A stretch of 64,000 nt of DNA from Actinomycetales bacterium (GCA_047974565.1 JBKECN010000034.1:128760-192759); one strand, 5' to 3'; numbered from the stretch's first letter, positions 23,051 to 33,964 are shown. The notes: generated by a model from the letters alone, not told the origin. Numbers and translations are program-made.

Positions 23051-23171
23051 GGCTTTCCTCCTGGTAATTCCCTGTGCTCGAGATGGCGGATGGCGCCGGG
23101 TCACCGCTGTGGGCGACACCACCGGCAAATCCTGCCACCTCGGGACCCGGATCGCGCGGGGCCGAGAGGGA

Positions 23172-24281
23172 TCAACGCCCGGAGAACCGGTCCTTCCACT
23201 TGCCGAACATCCCCGAACTCGTCGCGGCCAGCCGTCCGCCGGACCGGGTCTCCCCGCGCAGTTCGGCGAGTTGGCGCAGCAGATCCTCCTGCTGGCCGGT
23301 GAGCCGGGTGGGGGTGACCACGTCGATGTGCACCATGAGGTCACCACGGGACTGCCGGCCCAGGCGGGCCACACCGTACCCACTCAGGGTATGCACGGCT
23401 CCTGCCTGGGTGCCCGGCGACAGGTCGATGGCCTCCGGGCCGTCCAGGGTGTCCACGGTGAGGGTGGTGCCCAGGGCTGCGGCGGTCATCGGCACCTGGA
23501 AGGTGCAGTGCAGGTCGTCTCCGCGGCGGGTGAAGATCTCGTGCTGGCGCACGTTCACTTCGACGAACAGGTCTCCGGGTGGGCCGCCGCCCACGCCCAC
23601 CTCGCCCTGACTCTCCAGTTGCATCCGGGTCCCGGTATCCACACCCGGGACGATCTTGATGTTCAGGGTGCGCCGCGACCGGGTGCGGCCCTCGCCGGAA
23701 CACTCCCGGCAGGGTTCGGGGATCACCGTCCCGTACCCCTGGCACACCGGGCACGGGGTGTTGGTCATCACCTGCCCGAGGAAGGAACGGGCCACCCGCT
23801 GGACCTGCCCGCGCCCACCGCACTGGCGGCAGGTCTGGGGCGAGGTGCCGGGTGCGCAGCACGACCCCTCGCACACCGCGCACACCACGGCGGTGTCGAT
23901 GGTGATCTCGCGTTGGCCGCCGAAGACCGCGTCCTGCAGGTCGATCTCGATCCGGACGAGGGCGTCCTGCCCTCGGCGCTGACGGGTCATCGGCCCGCGG
24001 GGTGAACCGCCCTGGCCGAAGAAGGTCTCGAAGATGTCGCTGAAGCCGAAGTTGCCTCCGAAGCCACCGCCGGGCCCCATCGGGTTACCGCCGAGGTCGT
24101 ACATCTGCCGCTTCTCGGGGTTCGAGAGGACCTCGTACGCCGAGGAGACCTCCTTGAAGCGCTCCCCCGCGTCCGGGTTGACATCCGGGTGCAACTGACG
24201 CGCGAGCCGACGGTAGGCCCGCTTGATCTCTTCCGGGGTGGCTTCGCGTGAGACCCCGAGCACCTCGTAGTAGTCGCTCAC
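23172..24281 (-). CDS. dnaJ: Molecular chaperone DnaJ
   Basis: J-domain DYYEVLGV...HPD, G/F region and four CxxCxG motifs ([32 protein letters not shown]). GTG start at 24281. Confidence 0.93.
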   Translation of the reverse strand: MSDYYEVLGVSREATPEEIKRAYRRLARQLHPDVNPDAGERFKEVSSAYEVLSNPEKRQMYDLGGNPMGPGGGFGGNFGFSDIFETFFGQGGSPRGPMTRQRRGQDALVRIEIDLQDAVFGGQREITIDTAVVCAVCEGSCCAPGTSPQTCRQCGGRGQVQRVARSFLGQVMTNTPCPVCQGYGTVIPEPCRECSGEGRTRSRRTLNIKIVPGVDTGTRMQLESQGEVGVGGGPPGDLFVEVNVRQHEIFTRRGDDLHCTFQVPMTAAALGTTLTVDTLDGPEAIDLSPGTQAGAVHTLSGYGVARLGRQSRGDLMVHIDVVTPTRLTGQQEDLLRQLAELRGETRSGGRLAATSSGMFGKWKDRFSGR

Positions 24282-24348
24282 CGAGCCACCACTTCGAGGC
24301 ACCCTGCTGTGCCGCGTGCCCGCACGCCGGCGACGTTCTCCCTCATCC

Positions 24349-25377
24349 TCACCCTTCCATTGCCTTCGAGACATATCGGGCGACGGCCCGCACTGCGGCG
24401 ATCGTCGTCGGATAGTCCATCCTCGTGGGGCCGAGCACCCCGAGCCGGGCCGCCTCGCCCGGCCCGTACCCGCTGCTCACGATGGACGCCTCAACGAGCC
24501 CCTCATGGGAAAGTTCCCGGCCGATCCGCACGCTCACCCCGGAACTGGGGTCGTCGATCATCTCCGACAACAGCCGCAGCAGCACCACATGTTCCTCGAT
24601 CGCCTCGAGCACATGGTCGAGGGACTGCCTGAAGTCCATGCCCGCCCGGGCCAGGTGCGCGGTGCCTGCCAGCACCACGCGATCCTCCCGCTGCACGGCC
24701 AGGGACTCCTGCAGGGCCTCGACGATCGATTCCACCATGGCCTGGTCGGCGGGTGCGAACGCCTCGACCACCGAGGTGAGCGAGAGCATCGCCCCGGCCA
24801 CCGTCTTGCCCGCGGACTCGTCGTTGAGCCGGGCCCGCAACTCCGCGACGACCTGATCGGACAGATCCGAGGCCACCTCGGAACCGACCTCGATGGTGCG
24901 TTGCTCGACCCGGCCGGTGCTGGTGATGAGCACCAGGAGAAGCCGCCCCGGGCCGAGCGAGACCAGTTCGACATGGCGCACCGTGGCTCCGGACAGCGAG
25001 GGATACTGCACCACCGCGACCTGGCGGGTCAGGGTGGCCAGGGTGCGGACCGTGCGATCCATCACGTCGTCCAGGTCGACGGCCCCCGCCAGCACCGTCT
25101 CGATAGCCCGTCGCTCCCCGGTGGACAGCGGCTTGATGGTGGAGAGCCGGTCGACGAAGAGCCGGTACCCCGCATCGGTGGGGACGCGTCCGGCGCTGGT
25201 GTGCGGCTGGGCGATGAGCCCTTCCTCTTCCAGCAGCGCCATGTCGTTGCGGATGGTCGCCGGGGACACTCCGAGCCCGTGCCGCTCGACCAGGGCCTTG
25301 GAGCCGACCGGCTCGCGAGTGGTCACGTAGTCTTCGATGATGGCGCGCAGGACCGCGAGTTTGCGGTCATCGCTCAC
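24349..25377 (-). CDS. hrcA: Heat-inducible transcription repressor HrcA
   Basis: [26 protein letters not shown]...[29 protein letters not shown] start at 25377. A CIRCE element lies 56 nt upstream. Confidence 0.93.
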   Translation of the reverse strand: MSDDRKLAVLRAIIEDYVTTREPVGSKALVERHGLGVSPATIRNDMALLEEEGLIAQPHTSAGRVPTDAGYRLFVDRLSTIKPLSTGERRAIETVLAGAVDLDDVMDRTVRTLATLTRQVAVVQYPSLSGATVRHVELVSLGPGRLLLVLITSTGRVEQRTIEVGSEVASDLSDQVVAELRARLNDESAGKTVAGAMLSLTSVVEAFAPADQAMVESIVEALQESLAVQREDRVVLAGTAHLARAGMDFRQSLDHVLEAIEEHVVLLRLLSEMIDDPSSGVSVRIGRELSHEGLVEASIVSSGYGPGEAARLGVLGPTRMDYPTTIAAVRAVARYVSKAMEG

Positions 25378-25432
25378 GTCTCGACCCTCCTCGCCTCTGC
25401 CTCGGCCGACCAGACTGTGCATGGACCGACCC

Positions 25433-25465
25433 AGACTGGCACTCCCATCGGCCGAGTGCCAGTCT
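25433..25465. promoter_or_regulatory. CIRCE-type HrcA operator
   Basis: AGACTGGCACTC-N9-GAGTGCCAGTCT is a perfect 12-bp inverted repeat. Its core TGGCACTC-N9-GAGTGCCA matches the CIRCE consensus TTAGCACTC-N9-GAGTGCTAA in the high-GC variant. Confidence 0.85.
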
Positions 25466-25579
25466 ACGGGCTGAGGGCGGGCTCCGCGAAAGCGACGAGT
25501 TCAGCGTCCGACCTGGCCGAAAGTTCTCTTGGGCGGGTCGCGGTGGCGGGCGCCGGGGTAGATCGCCGGACAACGCGCG

Positions 25580-25776
25580 TCAGGGCAGGGCGCGGGATCA
25601 GGGCGGAGCCAGCGTGGCCCTCCAGGACGCAACGCCGGGAGGGCCTCAGGGCAGGGCGCGGGAGGCGCCCTCAGGAGAGCGCCGGCACGGCACCTCAGGG
25701 CGGAGCCAGCGTGGCCTTTCAGGGCAGAACGCCGGCACGGCGCCTCAGGGCGCGACTCCGGCACGCGCCTCAGGGC
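25580..25776. repeat. Degenerate ~24-25-bp tandem repeats, about 8 units each starting TCAGGGC (GCCCTGA on minus)
   Basis: TCAGG(G/A) starts at 25580, 25598, 25646, 25671, 25695, 25719, 25745 and 25770. The last one is the DUF3097 stop codon context. Confidence 0.8.
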
Positions 25777-26657
25777 ACCGTGACGAAGTCGATGAGTTCC
25801 TCGACCTTGGCCAGCAGCGCCGGGTCCAGGTCGGCGTAGCTGCGCACCCGGGCCAGGATGCGTTTCCAGCCGGTGGCCACGTCCGCCTGGTCCGCGTGGG
25901 GCCAGCCGAGGGCGGCCAGCGTCCCCTTCTTGATGTCTGTGCCGCGCGGCACGTCCGGCCAGCGGGTCAGCCCGACCCGTTCGGGGCGGATCGCCTGCCA
26001 GACGTCGATGAACGGGTGCCCCAGCACGAGGACGTGCTCGGCACCGCGCAGCCCGCCTACGGCCTCGCGCGCGAGCCGGGTCTCCTTGGACCCGGACACC
26101 AGATGGTCCACCAGAACTCCCAGCCGCCGGGTGGGACCGGGCTCGAACTCGCGGACCCGTCCGGCCAGGTTGTCCACCCCGTCGATGGGTTCGACGACGA
26201 TGCCCTCCACCCGCAGATCGTGGCCCCAGATCTTCTCCACCAGTTCGGCGTCGTGGGTGCCTTCCACCCAGATCCGGGAGGCCTTGGCCACCTGGGCCCG
26301 CAGACCGACGACAGCCCGTGAACCGGAGGCGGTGCGTCCAGGTGCGGCAGGGCCCGCTGGGGTGCTGGTGCGTGGCCGGGTCAGCTCGATCGGCTCGCCC
26401 TCGAGCAGGAATCCCGGCCCGAGCGGGAACGCCCGCTCCCGTCCACGTCGGTCCTCCAGCCGGACGACGGACATGCCCGCGGTCTTGGATACCCCGACGA
26501 CCGCGCCGCACCAGCCGGTCTCGGCGTCCTCCACCACCAGACCAGCGGTGGCCGGAACCTCCCGAAGACGACGCGGGGCCACCCGATTCGCCAGCACGTC
26601 GGAGCCGTAGCGGTCGCGCCCGGCAGAGCCGCCGGGTCGCGTCGAGGAGTGAGGCAT
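25770..26657 (-). CDS. DUF3097 domain protein
   Basis: Conserved actinobacterial protein found next to hrcA and hemW. Blocks IWVEGTHDAELVEKIWGHDLRVEGIVVEP and LGHPFIDVWQAIRPERVGL. The call is from memory. Confidence 0.7.
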   Translation of the reverse strand: MPHSSTRPGGSAGRDRYGSDVLANRVAPRRLREVPATAGLVVEDAETGWCGAVVGVSKTAGMSVVRLEDRRGRERAFPLGPGFLLEGEPIELTRPRTSTPAGPAAPGRTASGSRAVVGLRAQVAKASRIWVEGTHDAELVEKIWGHDLRVEGIVVEPIDGVDNLAGRVREFEPGPTRRLGVLVDHLVSGSKETRLAREAVGGLRGAEHVLVLGHPFIDVWQAIRPERVGLTRWPDVPRGTDIKKGTLAALGWPHADQADVATGWKRILARVRSYADLDPALLAKVEELIDFVTVP

Positions 26658-26667
26658 TCCGGCAGGG

Positions 26668-26833
26668 TAAGGGCCCGCCAGTAAATTGGTGCGTCGAGTG
26701 TCGGTTTCTGGGCGGGATGTCTGGCAAGGCAGAGGTTTGCCCTCGTAGTAGCGCTACGGGGGCGGGCCGACGACGCAGCCAGACGCCCGAGCCAGGAAGC
26801 GACACGCAGCAGCAATCTATTGGCGGGCCCTTA
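26668..26833. other. 166-nt extended imperfect hairpin; candidate structured RNA or palindromic element
   Basis: Outer 21-nt arms TAAGGGCCCGCCAGTAAATTG / CAATCTATTGGCGGGCCCTTA (19 Watson-Crick pairs, 1 G-T, 1 mismatch). Inner helices are GTGTCG/CGACAC, TTTCTGG/CCAGGAA, CGGG/CCCG and GTCTGG/CCAGAC, with two apical mini-hairpins. Confidence 0.5.
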
Positions 26834-27132
26834 GCTAAGGAGCGCCCCGAGGCCTGGCCGCCGACGCGCCGGTGCCGGGCGTGCCTGCGGACGGTTGGTT
26901 CCTCAGGGCCCGGTTGGGCAGACGACGTTCGTCGTGGCCGGGACTGGCCGTGTGCGTGGCGCCGACCGGTGCTGCGCAGCGTTGCCGGGCCGAGGGCGAA
27001 TGGGTGAACACCTGCCCAAGCCGTCGCCGCCCGGCGCACGGGCCAGGGACGCTTCAGGGTGGCACCTGACGGCAATTCCGTCGGGGTCGCCTACTCTGGA
27101 AATGTCTACCACTCAACGAAGGAGCAGTACCC

Positions 27133-27822
27133 GTGAGCCAGAATCCGCACGAGGCCGGCCAGAGCCCGCAGACCTCAGGGCCGGATCTCAGCAAGCCGGA
27201 CCAGCCCGGCTCCGCAGCCCCCGAGCACGGCAACCCGACGGGTACCGGTTTCCCCAACCCCGGCCCGGCACAGCCGGGTGTGCCGAACCAGCCGGGCTAC
27301 GGCAGCGTTCCTCCGCAGCAGCCCGGATACGGCGGCGTTCCGCAGCAGCCCGGCTACGGCGCCCCACAACAGCCTGGCTACGGCGCTGCCCCCGGTGGCG
27401 GCCCTGGACAAGGTTTCGGTGGGCCCGGCTACGCGCCTGCGCCCGGCTACGCGCCCGGCGGTCCTGCCCTGTCGGGCAGTGACGAACGGACGTGGGCGAC
27501 AATCGGTCACGCAGCTGGCCCGGTCGCCGCGCTGATCAGCGCCGGAACGCTGGGATGGCTGGTTCCGCTGGTGATCTTCCTCATGTACAAGGACCGGTCG
27601 CAGTACGTGCGGGTTCAGGCGAGTGAGGCCTTGAACTTCCAGATCACCCTGCTGATCGCCTACCTGGTGTGCTGGGTCGTGACGTTCCTGACCTTCGGGC
27701 TGGGCTTCCTGCTGTTCTTCGTACCGTGGGTGCTGTCCATCATCTTCGGCGTGATGGCCTCGATCGCCGTCAGCCGCGGGGAGAACTACCGGTACCCGAT
27801 GACCATCCGCCTCGTGCACTGA
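27133..27822 (+). CDS. DUF4870 membrane protein with Pro/Gln/Gly-rich N-terminal repeats
   Basis: GTG 27133 follows GAAGGAG. Contains (QQPGYG)n repeats, then DERTWATIGHAAG...LVPLVIFLMYKDRSQYVRVQASEALNFQI, typical of DUF4870. Confidence 0.65.
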   Translation: MSQNPHEAGQSPQTSGPDLSKPDQPGSAAPEHGNPTGTGFPNPGPAQPGVPNQPGYGSVPPQQPGYGGVPQQPGYGAPQQPGYGAAPGGGPGQGFGGPGYAPAPGYAPGGPALSGSDERTWATIGHAAGPVAALISAGTLGWLVPLVIFLMYKDRSQYVRVQASEALNFQITLLIAYLVCWVVTFLTFGLGFLLFFVPWVLSIIFGVMASIAVSRGENYRYPMTIRLVH

Positions 27823-27840
27823 CGCGGCAATCGCGCCCGC

Positions 27841-29091
27841 TCAGAAGGCCAGTTCGCGCACGACGTGGTCGGCCAGCAACCGGCCACGTCGACTGAGCAC
27901 CAGCGGATCACGTTGCACCACAAGACCGTCCGAGACCAGTGCATCCACTGTCCGGGCGGTCTTGGCATCTGAAGGCCCACGGCTGGGGTCATGCCAGGAG
28001 TAGCCGTCCCGCAGCCGGACCGCGAGCATGATGCGCTCCAGCCGGCGCGCCTGCTCATCCAGCACCTCGCGCGCCTGAGCCGGTGACCCGCCATTATCGA
28101 GAAGGTGGGCATAGCGCCTGGGGTGCTTGACATTCCACCAACGCACTCCACCGACGTGGCTGTGCGCGCCGGGACCGAAACCCCACCAGTCGTCCCCCTG
28201 CCAGTACCCGAGGTTGTGTCGGCACCGGTTGGCCCGCGACTCCTCGTGCGTGCCCCCGAGCGCCCAGTTGCTGATCTCGTACCAGTGGTACCCGGCCGCC
28301 CCCAGCAGGTCGTCCGCCAGTTCGTATTTGGCGGCCAGGTCGTCCTGGTCGGTGCCGGCGAGCTGACCGCGTCGCACCCGCGCGGCCATCGCCGTTCCGG
28401 GCTCGATGGTCAGCGAGTAGGCCGAGACGTGGTCCGGGCGAAGGGCGATCACCGCGTCCAGGCTCTGGCGCCACTGCTCGAGCGACTCCCCGGGAGTGCC
28501 GTAGATGAGGTCCAGGCTCACCGACAGCCCGGCCGAGCGGGCCCACCCGACCGCTGCCGCCACCCGGGCCGGATCGTGCGTGCGGTCCAGCGTTGCCAGC
28601 ACCGCCGTGACCGCGGACTGCATCCCGAAGGACACCCGGGTGATCCCCCCGGCGGCCAGGGCCTGCAGCGAGGCCGGGGTCACCGAGTCCGGGTTGGCTT
28701 CGGTGGTGACCTCCACGTCGTCGGTGAGGCCGAAGGACGCACCGAGCCGGGCGAGCACGCCGATCAGTGCTTCGGGGGGCAGCATCGTCGGGGTGCCACC
28801 ACCGAAGAAGACCGTCGAGAGCGGCCGCCGGGGTAGCTCGGCCTCGTCCAGAACCGTTGCCGCGAGATCGATCTCGCGGTGCACCGCGGACAGGTACGCC
28901 GCACTCAGGTCGTTCTGGGCCGCCCCCAGCTCACCGGGGGTGTAGGTGTTGAAGTCGCAGTACCCGCAGCGCCGCACACAGAAGGGCACGTGCACATACG
29001 CGCCCAGCGCGCGGTCGGCGGCACCGTCCGCGACCGACGCAGGCAGGCCGCCGTCGGCGGGGGCCGGGTCTGCGTCCGGCAGGCTGGCCAC
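27841..29091 (-). CDS. hemW: Radical SAM heme chaperone HemW (HemN-like)
   Basis: YVHVPFCVRRCGYCDF (CxxxCxxC), 416 aa, in the conserved position beside lepA. Confidence 0.9.
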   Translation of the reverse strand: MASLPDADPAPADGGLPASVADGAADRALGAYVHVPFCVRRCGYCDFNTYTPGELGAAQNDLSAAYLSAVHREIDLAATVLDEAELPRRPLSTVFFGGGTPTMLPPEALIGVLARLGASFGLTDDVEVTTEANPDSVTPASLQALAAGGITRVSFGMQSAVTAVLATLDRTHDPARVAAAVGWARSAGLSVSLDLIYGTPGESLEQWRQSLDAVIALRPDHVSAYSLTIEPGTAMAARVRRGQLAGTDQDDLAAKYELADDLLGAAGYHWYEISNWALGGTHEESRANRCRHNLGYWQGDDWWGFGPGAHSHVGGVRWWNVKHPRRYAHLLDNGGSPAQAREVLDEQARRLERIMLAVRLRDGYSWHDPSRGPSDAKTARTVDALVSDGLVVQRDPLVLSRRGRLLADHVVRELAF

Positions 29092-29094
29092 CGG

Positions 29095-29736
29095 TCAGTG
29101 CGCCCGGGCGAGCGCGCGATCGACGTACGCAGCCAGGGACGGACCGATCGTCAGGCCGCCCTCGCGCTCGCTGTCGCGCAGGGCTTGGGCGTCCTCGGGC
29201 CGCTGATGCATGAACCATTGACTGACGCTCACCCCGTGCCCCGGGCGGGACAGCACCTCGACGGCGTCGCCGGCACGTAGTTCTCCGGTGCTGCGCACCC
29301 GCAGGTAGGCGCCGACCTTGCCCCGGTCGGTGAAGCGACGCACCCAGGACGGCTCGCCCATCCGGCGCGCGAACGTGGCGCACGGGACGCGGGGGCCGGA
29401 GACCTCGAATTCGACGGTTCCGATCCGCCACCGCTCCCCCAGTTCGGCGCCGTCCACATCCAGTCCCTCGGTGCGCAGGTTCTCCCCGAAAATGCCCGGC
29501 GGCAGCACCCGGCCGAGTTCTCGGGCCCACTCGGCAACCGATTCCTCGGCGTAGGCGTAGACAGCCTGCTCCAGCCCACCGTGATGCTCGCGATCGGCCT
29601 GCACGTCACCGTAGAGCCCGAGCCTGCGCACCTTCACCGGGCCTTCGACCGGCCGCTTGTCGATGGCTGTGACCCCGACTTGGCCTGCGTCCGCGCGCAG
29701 TTCGTGCACCCGGCAGACGGCGATGACCCGACTCAC
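29095..29736 (-). CDS. MOSC domain protein
   Basis: GDVQADREHHGG...GENL...G...RVPCATF is the MOSC pattern. GTG 29736 follows GAAGGAGG. Confidence 0.8.
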   Translation of the reverse strand: MSRVIAVCRVHELRADAGQVGVTAIDKRPVEGPVKVRRLGLYGDVQADREHHGGLEQAVYAYAEESVAEWARELGRVLPPGIFGENLRTEGLDVDGAELGERWRIGTVEFEVSGPRVPCATFARRMGEPSWVRRFTDRGKVGAYLRVRSTGELRAGDAVEVLSRPGHGVSVSQWFMHQRPEDAQALRDSEREGGLTIGPSLAAYVDRALARAH

Positions 29737-29794
29737 GTTCAGCCTCCTTCAAGACACCTTATTTTATGGTTTATTCGACCGGATTACCTGTAGC

Positions 29795-31648
29795 TTATTT
29801 CTTGACCTTCTCACCAGAATCATCGGTTGACAGGGCGGCGATGAAGGCCTCCTGGGGCACCTCGACCCGACCCACCATCTTCATCCGCTTCTTGCCCTCC
29901 TTCTGCTTCTCCAGCAGTTTGCGTTTGCGGGAGATGTCACCGCCGTAGCACTTGGCCAGCACATCCTTGCGGATGGCCCGGATCGTCTCGCGGGCAATGA
30001 CTCTCGCCCCGATCGCGGCCTGCACCGGGACCTCGAACTGTTGCCGCGGGATGAGCTCTCGCAGCTTGGTGGCCATCATCGTCCCGTAGGCGTACGCCTT
30101 GTCCTTGTGCACGATGGCGGAGAAGGCGTCCACCTGTTCGCCCTGCAGCAGGATGTCGACCTTGACCAGGTCCGCGCTCTGCTCCCCGGCGGGTTCGTAG
30201 TCCAGGGAGGCGTAGCCCTTGGTACGCGACTTCAACTGGTCGAAGAAATCGAAGACGATCTCGGCCAGCGGCAGCGTGTAGCGCATCTCGACCCGTTCCG
30301 GCGACAGGTAGTCCATGCCGCCCATGACCCCTCGCCGTTGCTGGCACAGCTCCATGATCGAGCCGATGTACTCCGAGGGCGCGATGATGGTGGCCTTGAC
30401 GACGGGCTCGTGCACGTCGGCCACCTTGCCGGCCGGGAACTCGCTGGGGTTGTTGACGTCGATCACCGCGCCGTCCTCCAGGTCGACCCGGTAGATCACC
30501 GAGGGTGCGGTGGAGATGAGGTCGAGGCCGAACTCGCGTTCCAGCCGTTCCCGCACGATCTCCAGGTGCAGCAGACCGAGGAAGCCGACCCGGAAGCCGA
30601 ACCCGAGCGCCGCGGAAGTCTCCGGCTCGTAGACCAGCGCCGCGTCGTTGAGCTTGAGCTTGTCCAGCGCCTCGCGCAGATTGGGATAGTCCGACCCGTC
30701 GATCGGATACAGGCCGGAGAAGACCATCGGCTTGGGATCGGCGTAGCCGGCCAGCGGGGTGGACGCCGGGTGGACCGACGTGGTGACGGTGTCGCCGACC
30801 CGGGACTGGCGAACGTCCTTGACCCCGGTGATCAGGTAGCCGACCTCCCCGGCCCCCAACCCCCTGGTGGGTTCGGGCTCGGGAGAGGACACCCCGATCT
30901 CGAGGAGTTCGTGGTGCGCCTTGGTGGACATCATGACGATCCGCTCGCGGGGCTTGAGCTGGCCGTCCACCACCCGCACGTAGGTGACCACGCCGCGGTA
31001 GGTGTCGTAGACGGAGTCGAAGATCATCGCCCGGGCCGGGGCGGTGGGATCGCCCACCGGGGCCGGGACCTCACCGACGATGCGGTCGAGCAGTTCCGGG
31101 ACGCCGACGCCGGTCTTGCCGGAGGTGTGCAGCACCTCCTCGGGCTCACAGCCGATCAGGTGGGCGAGTTCTTCGGCGTACTTCTCGGGCTGGGCGGCCG
31201 GCAGATCGATCTTGTTGAGCACCGGGACGATGGCCAGGTCGCCTTCCATGGCCAGGTACAGGTTGGCCAGCGTCTGCGCCTCGATGCCCTGGGCGGCGTC
31301 GACGAGGAGCACCGCGCCCTCACACGCGGCCAGCGAGCGGGAGACCTCGTAGGTGAAGTCGACGTGCCCGGGCGTGTCGATCATGTTGAGCGCGTAAGTC
31401 TGGCCGGCCACGTCCCAGGGCATTCGCACGGCCTGGGACTTGATGGTGATGCCGCGCTCGCGCTCAATGTCCATCCGGTCCAGGTACTGGGCTCGCATCG
31501 CACGGTCCTGGACCACCCCGGTGATCTGCAACATGCGGTCAGCCAGCGTCGACTTGCCATGGTCGATGTGGGCGATGATGCAGAAGTTGCGGATCTGCGC
31601 CGGAGGGGTGGCGGCTGGCACCAGTGGAGTGCGGGCCCTGGGTGACAC
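29795..31648 (-). CDS. lepA: Elongation factor 4
   Basis: [26 protein letters not shown] and the LepA-specific C-terminus ...[25 protein letters not shown]. Confidence 0.96.
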   Translation of the reverse strand: MSPRARTPLVPAATPPAQIRNFCIIAHIDHGKSTLADRMLQITGVVQDRAMRAQYLDRMDIERERGITIKSQAVRMPWDVAGQTYALNMIDTPGHVDFTYEVSRSLAACEGAVLLVDAAQGIEAQTLANLYLAMEGDLAIVPVLNKIDLPAAQPEKYAEELAHLIGCEPEEVLHTSGKTGVGVPELLDRIVGEVPAPVGDPTAPARAMIFDSVYDTYRGVVTYVRVVDGQLKPRERIVMMSTKAHHELLEIGVSSPEPEPTRGLGAGEVGYLITGVKDVRQSRVGDTVTTSVHPASTPLAGYADPKPMVFSGLYPIDGSDYPNLREALDKLKLNDAALVYEPETSAALGFGFRVGFLGLLHLEIVRERLEREFGLDLISTAPSVIYRVDLEDGAVIDVNNPSEFPAGKVADVHEPVVKATIIAPSEYIGSIMELCQQRRGVMGGMDYLSPERVEMRYTLPLAEIVFDFFDQLKSRTKGYASLDYEPAGEQSADLVKVDILLQGEQVDAFSAIVHKDKAYAYGTMMATKLRELIPRQQFEVPVQAAIGARVIARETIRAIRKDVLAKCYGGDISRKRKLLEKQKEGKKRMKMVGRVEVPQEAFIAALSTDDSGEKVKK

Positions 31649-31898
31649 GGATGGCTACCTCTGAATCTGCTGCGGGGCGTGCCCGGGGTGGGTGCGGCCC
31701 GGGTGGGCCCGGACGGTGGCGTCGGACCACCGTCCATGATCCCATGACGCGCCCGAGGGCAGGCACGATGCAGCAGATAGGCGCGCCTCGGGGCCGCGGC
31801 CACCCGGCCGCTCGCCCGGGGCTGCCGGTGCGCGCGGGCGGGTGGCCGGTCGCCAACCCCGATCTGCGGTGCCTGCTCGTCCTGATCAAGTGAGGTCG

Positions 31899-31944
31899 GC
31901 TGAGGTGGTGATCAGCTGGGTGGTGATCAGCTGAGGTGGTGCAC
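31899..31944. repeat. 15/16-bp tandem repeat x3 spanning the monooxygenase stop codon
   Basis: GCTGAGGTGGTGATCA / GCTGGGTGGTGATCA / GCTGAGGTGGTGCAC. On the minus strand the real TGA (31927-31929) is followed 15 nt later by a second in-frame TGA. Confidence 0.9.
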
Positions 31945-33825
31945 CTCCTGGAGCCGGTAGACCGAGGTGTCCAGGCCCTCGAAACGGGCCTTGAGTTGCA
32001 GGGCCAGGTACAGCGAGTAGTGCCGGGACTGGTGCAGGTTCCCGCCGTGGAACCACAGATGCTCCTGTTGGGTGGGCTTCCACATGTTGCGCTGTTCACC
32101 CTCCCAGGGGCCTGGGTCTTTCGTGGTGTCCGAGCCGAGCCCCCAGACCTTCCCGACGGTGTCGGCGACCTCCTGGCTGATCAGGTCGGCGGCCCATCCG
32201 TTCATCGAGCCGTACCCGGTGGCGTAGACCACGAGATCTGCGGGAAGCTCGGTGCCGTCGGCCAGCACCACCGCGTCCTCGGTGAGGTGGTCCACCTGGC
32301 CCTTGGCGAGCTTGACCTCCCCGTCGGCGACCAGTTCGGCGGCGCCGACGTCGATGTAGTAGCCGGACCCGCGGCGCAGGTACTTCATGAACAGGCCGGA
32401 CCCGTCGTCACCGAAATCGAGTTCGAAGCCGGCGGCGGCCATCCGGTCGTAGAACCCCTTGTCCCGCTCGCGCATCTTGTCGTACAGCGGGATCTGGAAC
32501 TCATGCATGATCCGGTACGGCAGCGAGGCGAAGATGAGATCGGCCTTGTCCGTGGTGATTCCCGCGGCCAGCGCGCGCTCGGAGTATAGATCGCCGAGGC
32601 CGATGTCCATGAGGGTGTCGCTCTTGACGATGTGAGTGGACGAGCGCTGCACCATGGTCACGTCGGCGCCGTGCTCCCACAGGGCGCCACAGATATCGAA
32701 AGCGGAGTTGTTGCTGCCGACGACGACCACCCGCTTGCCCGCGTAGGCGTCCGGGCCCGGGTGCTGGGACGAGTGCTGCTGCTCGCCTGCGAAGAGATCC
32801 GCACCCGGGTAGCGGGGCAGGTTCGGTTTTCCACTCATCCCGGTGGCCATCACCAGGTGAGTGGGGCTCAGGGTGACCGGCGTGCCGTCCCGGTCCACCT
32901 GCACCTGCCAGTTGCCCGACTCGGCGTCGTAGCTGGCTCGGGTGGCGGTGGTGCTCGACCAGTACGGGACCTCCATCACCCTGGTGTAGAACTCCAGCCA
33001 GTCACCGATCTTGTCCTTGGGTGCGAACACCGGCCAGTTGTCGGGGAACTTCAGGTACGGCAGGTGGTCGTACCAGACCGGGTCGTGCAGGCACAGCGAC
33101 TTATACCGGTTGCGCCATTGGTCCCCCGGCCGTGGGTGCTTGTCGATGACCAGGGCAGGGACGCCGAGCTGGCGCAGCCGCGCTCCCAGGGCGATGCCAC
33201 CCTGGCCGCCGCCGACGATCAGCACGTACGGCTCGACGGTGTCTCCGAAAGCGGCCTGTTCGGCTTCGATGCGTTCCTTCCAGGTCTGCCGGTTCTTCGT
33301 CGCGCCGTGCTCGGCGCCCATCGGACGACGCACCCCGTGCGGCTCCTCGTACCCGGTCAGTTCGCGCAGGGTGGTCAGGAAGGTCCAGGCCTTGTCGCTC
33401 GAGCCGGTGCCCGCCTCATCCTCGCTGATCAGACGTAGGACGCCGCGACCGCGCCCGACGGCGGTGGTGAAGGTGAAGAAGGCTGTGATGACGCCGTCGG
33501 CCTCGGTGGCCTCTCCTTCGACCTCGAACTCGCCGGGATCGGTTCGATCCAGGGTGGCGGTGAGCAGGTCGCTGACTCCATCGCGGTTCTCCACGGTGGT
33601 GAGGTTCCAGCTGAAGGACACGAGGTCCCGCCAGAAGCTCGTGGTGGCGAAGAGTCCGGCGGCCCCGGCGATGTCCCGGGCCTGGAGGGCCGCTTGGAGT
33701 CGGGTCAGCCAGGCCTGGGCCCGAGAGCCCGGGGATTCGGACTGACCCGGGGATTCGGACTGAGCTGAGTCGTTGGCCACCTCCAAGGTGTCCGCGCCTT
33801 TGGCCGCATCGACTGTCTGGGTCAT
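31927..33825 (-). CDS. Flavin-containing (FMO/BVMO-like) NAD(P)/FAD-dependent monooxygenase
   Basis: FAD fold VLIVGGGQGGIA, FAGEQQHSSQH (FxGxxxHxxx-type) and a second Rossmann motif VVVVGSNNSAFD. The 896-aa ORF was trimmed to ATG 33825 (MTQTVDAAK). Confidence 0.85.
   Translation of the reverse strand: MTQTVDAAKGADTLEVANDSAQSESPGQSESPGSRAQAWLTRLQAALQARDIAGAAGLFATTSFWRDLVSFSWNLTTVENRDGVSDLLTATLDRTDPGEFEVEGEATEADGVITAFFTFTTAVGRGRGVLRLISEDEAGTGSSDKAWTFLTTLRELTGYEEPHGVRRPMGAEHGATKNRQTWKERIEAEQAAFGDTVEPYVLIVGGGQGGIALGARLRQLGVPALVIDKHPRPGDQWRNRYKSLCLHDPVWYDHLPYLKFPDNWPVFAPKDKIGDWLEFYTRVMEVPYWSSTTATRASYDAESGNWQVQVDRDGTPVTLSPTHLVMATGMSGKPNLPRYPGADLFAGEQQHSSQHPGPDAYAGKRVVVVGSNNSAFDICGALWEHGADVTMVQRSSTHIVKSDTLMDIGLGDLYSERALAAGITTDKADLIFASLPYRIMHEFQIPLYDKMRERDKGFYDRMAAAGFELDFGDDGSGLFMKYLRRGSGYYIDVGAAELVADGEVKLAKGQVDHLTEDAVVLADGTELPADLVVYATGYGSMNGWAADLISQEVADTVGKVWGLGSDTTKDPGPWEGEQRNMWKPTQQEHLWFHGGNLHQSRHYSLYLALQLKARFEGLDTSVYRLQEVHHLS
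33728..33763. repeat. Perfect 18-bp tandem duplication in the monooxygenase N-terminus
   Basis: CCCGGGGATTCGGACTGA x2. It encodes SESPGQSESPGQ on the minus strand. Confidence 0.9.
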
Positions 33826-33964
33826 GGGTGTGCTCCTTTCCGCACCATTGCGTGTGAAGTAGTTCACCAAGCACCCTGGAGGGCGTGGCAGAGTTGCAGA
33901 AGGTTGCACGGCGCCGGCCGAGCGCCCGCCCGGCCCGCCGCGGCGCCTCCCCGGCTGGTTCGCC

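Noticed and set aside
26668-26833. SRP (4.5S) RNA, because GGGCGGGATGTCTGGCAAGG resembles the E. coli 4.5S segment GCCGGGAUGUAGCUGGCAGG
   Set aside because: The order of the conserved strands is wrong. No GGAA tetraloop / AGCAGCC helix-8 arrangement could be built, and actinobacterial ffs normally lies upstream of dnaX. The element is kept only as an unclassified structured element.
25501-27075. 524-aa minus-strand ORF spanning the repeat region, the DUF3097 gene and the intergenic hairpin
   Set aside because: The translation is extremely Arg/Pro/Gly-rich. It is out of frame with the well-conserved DUF3097 protein occupying the same strand, and it runs through tandem repeats.
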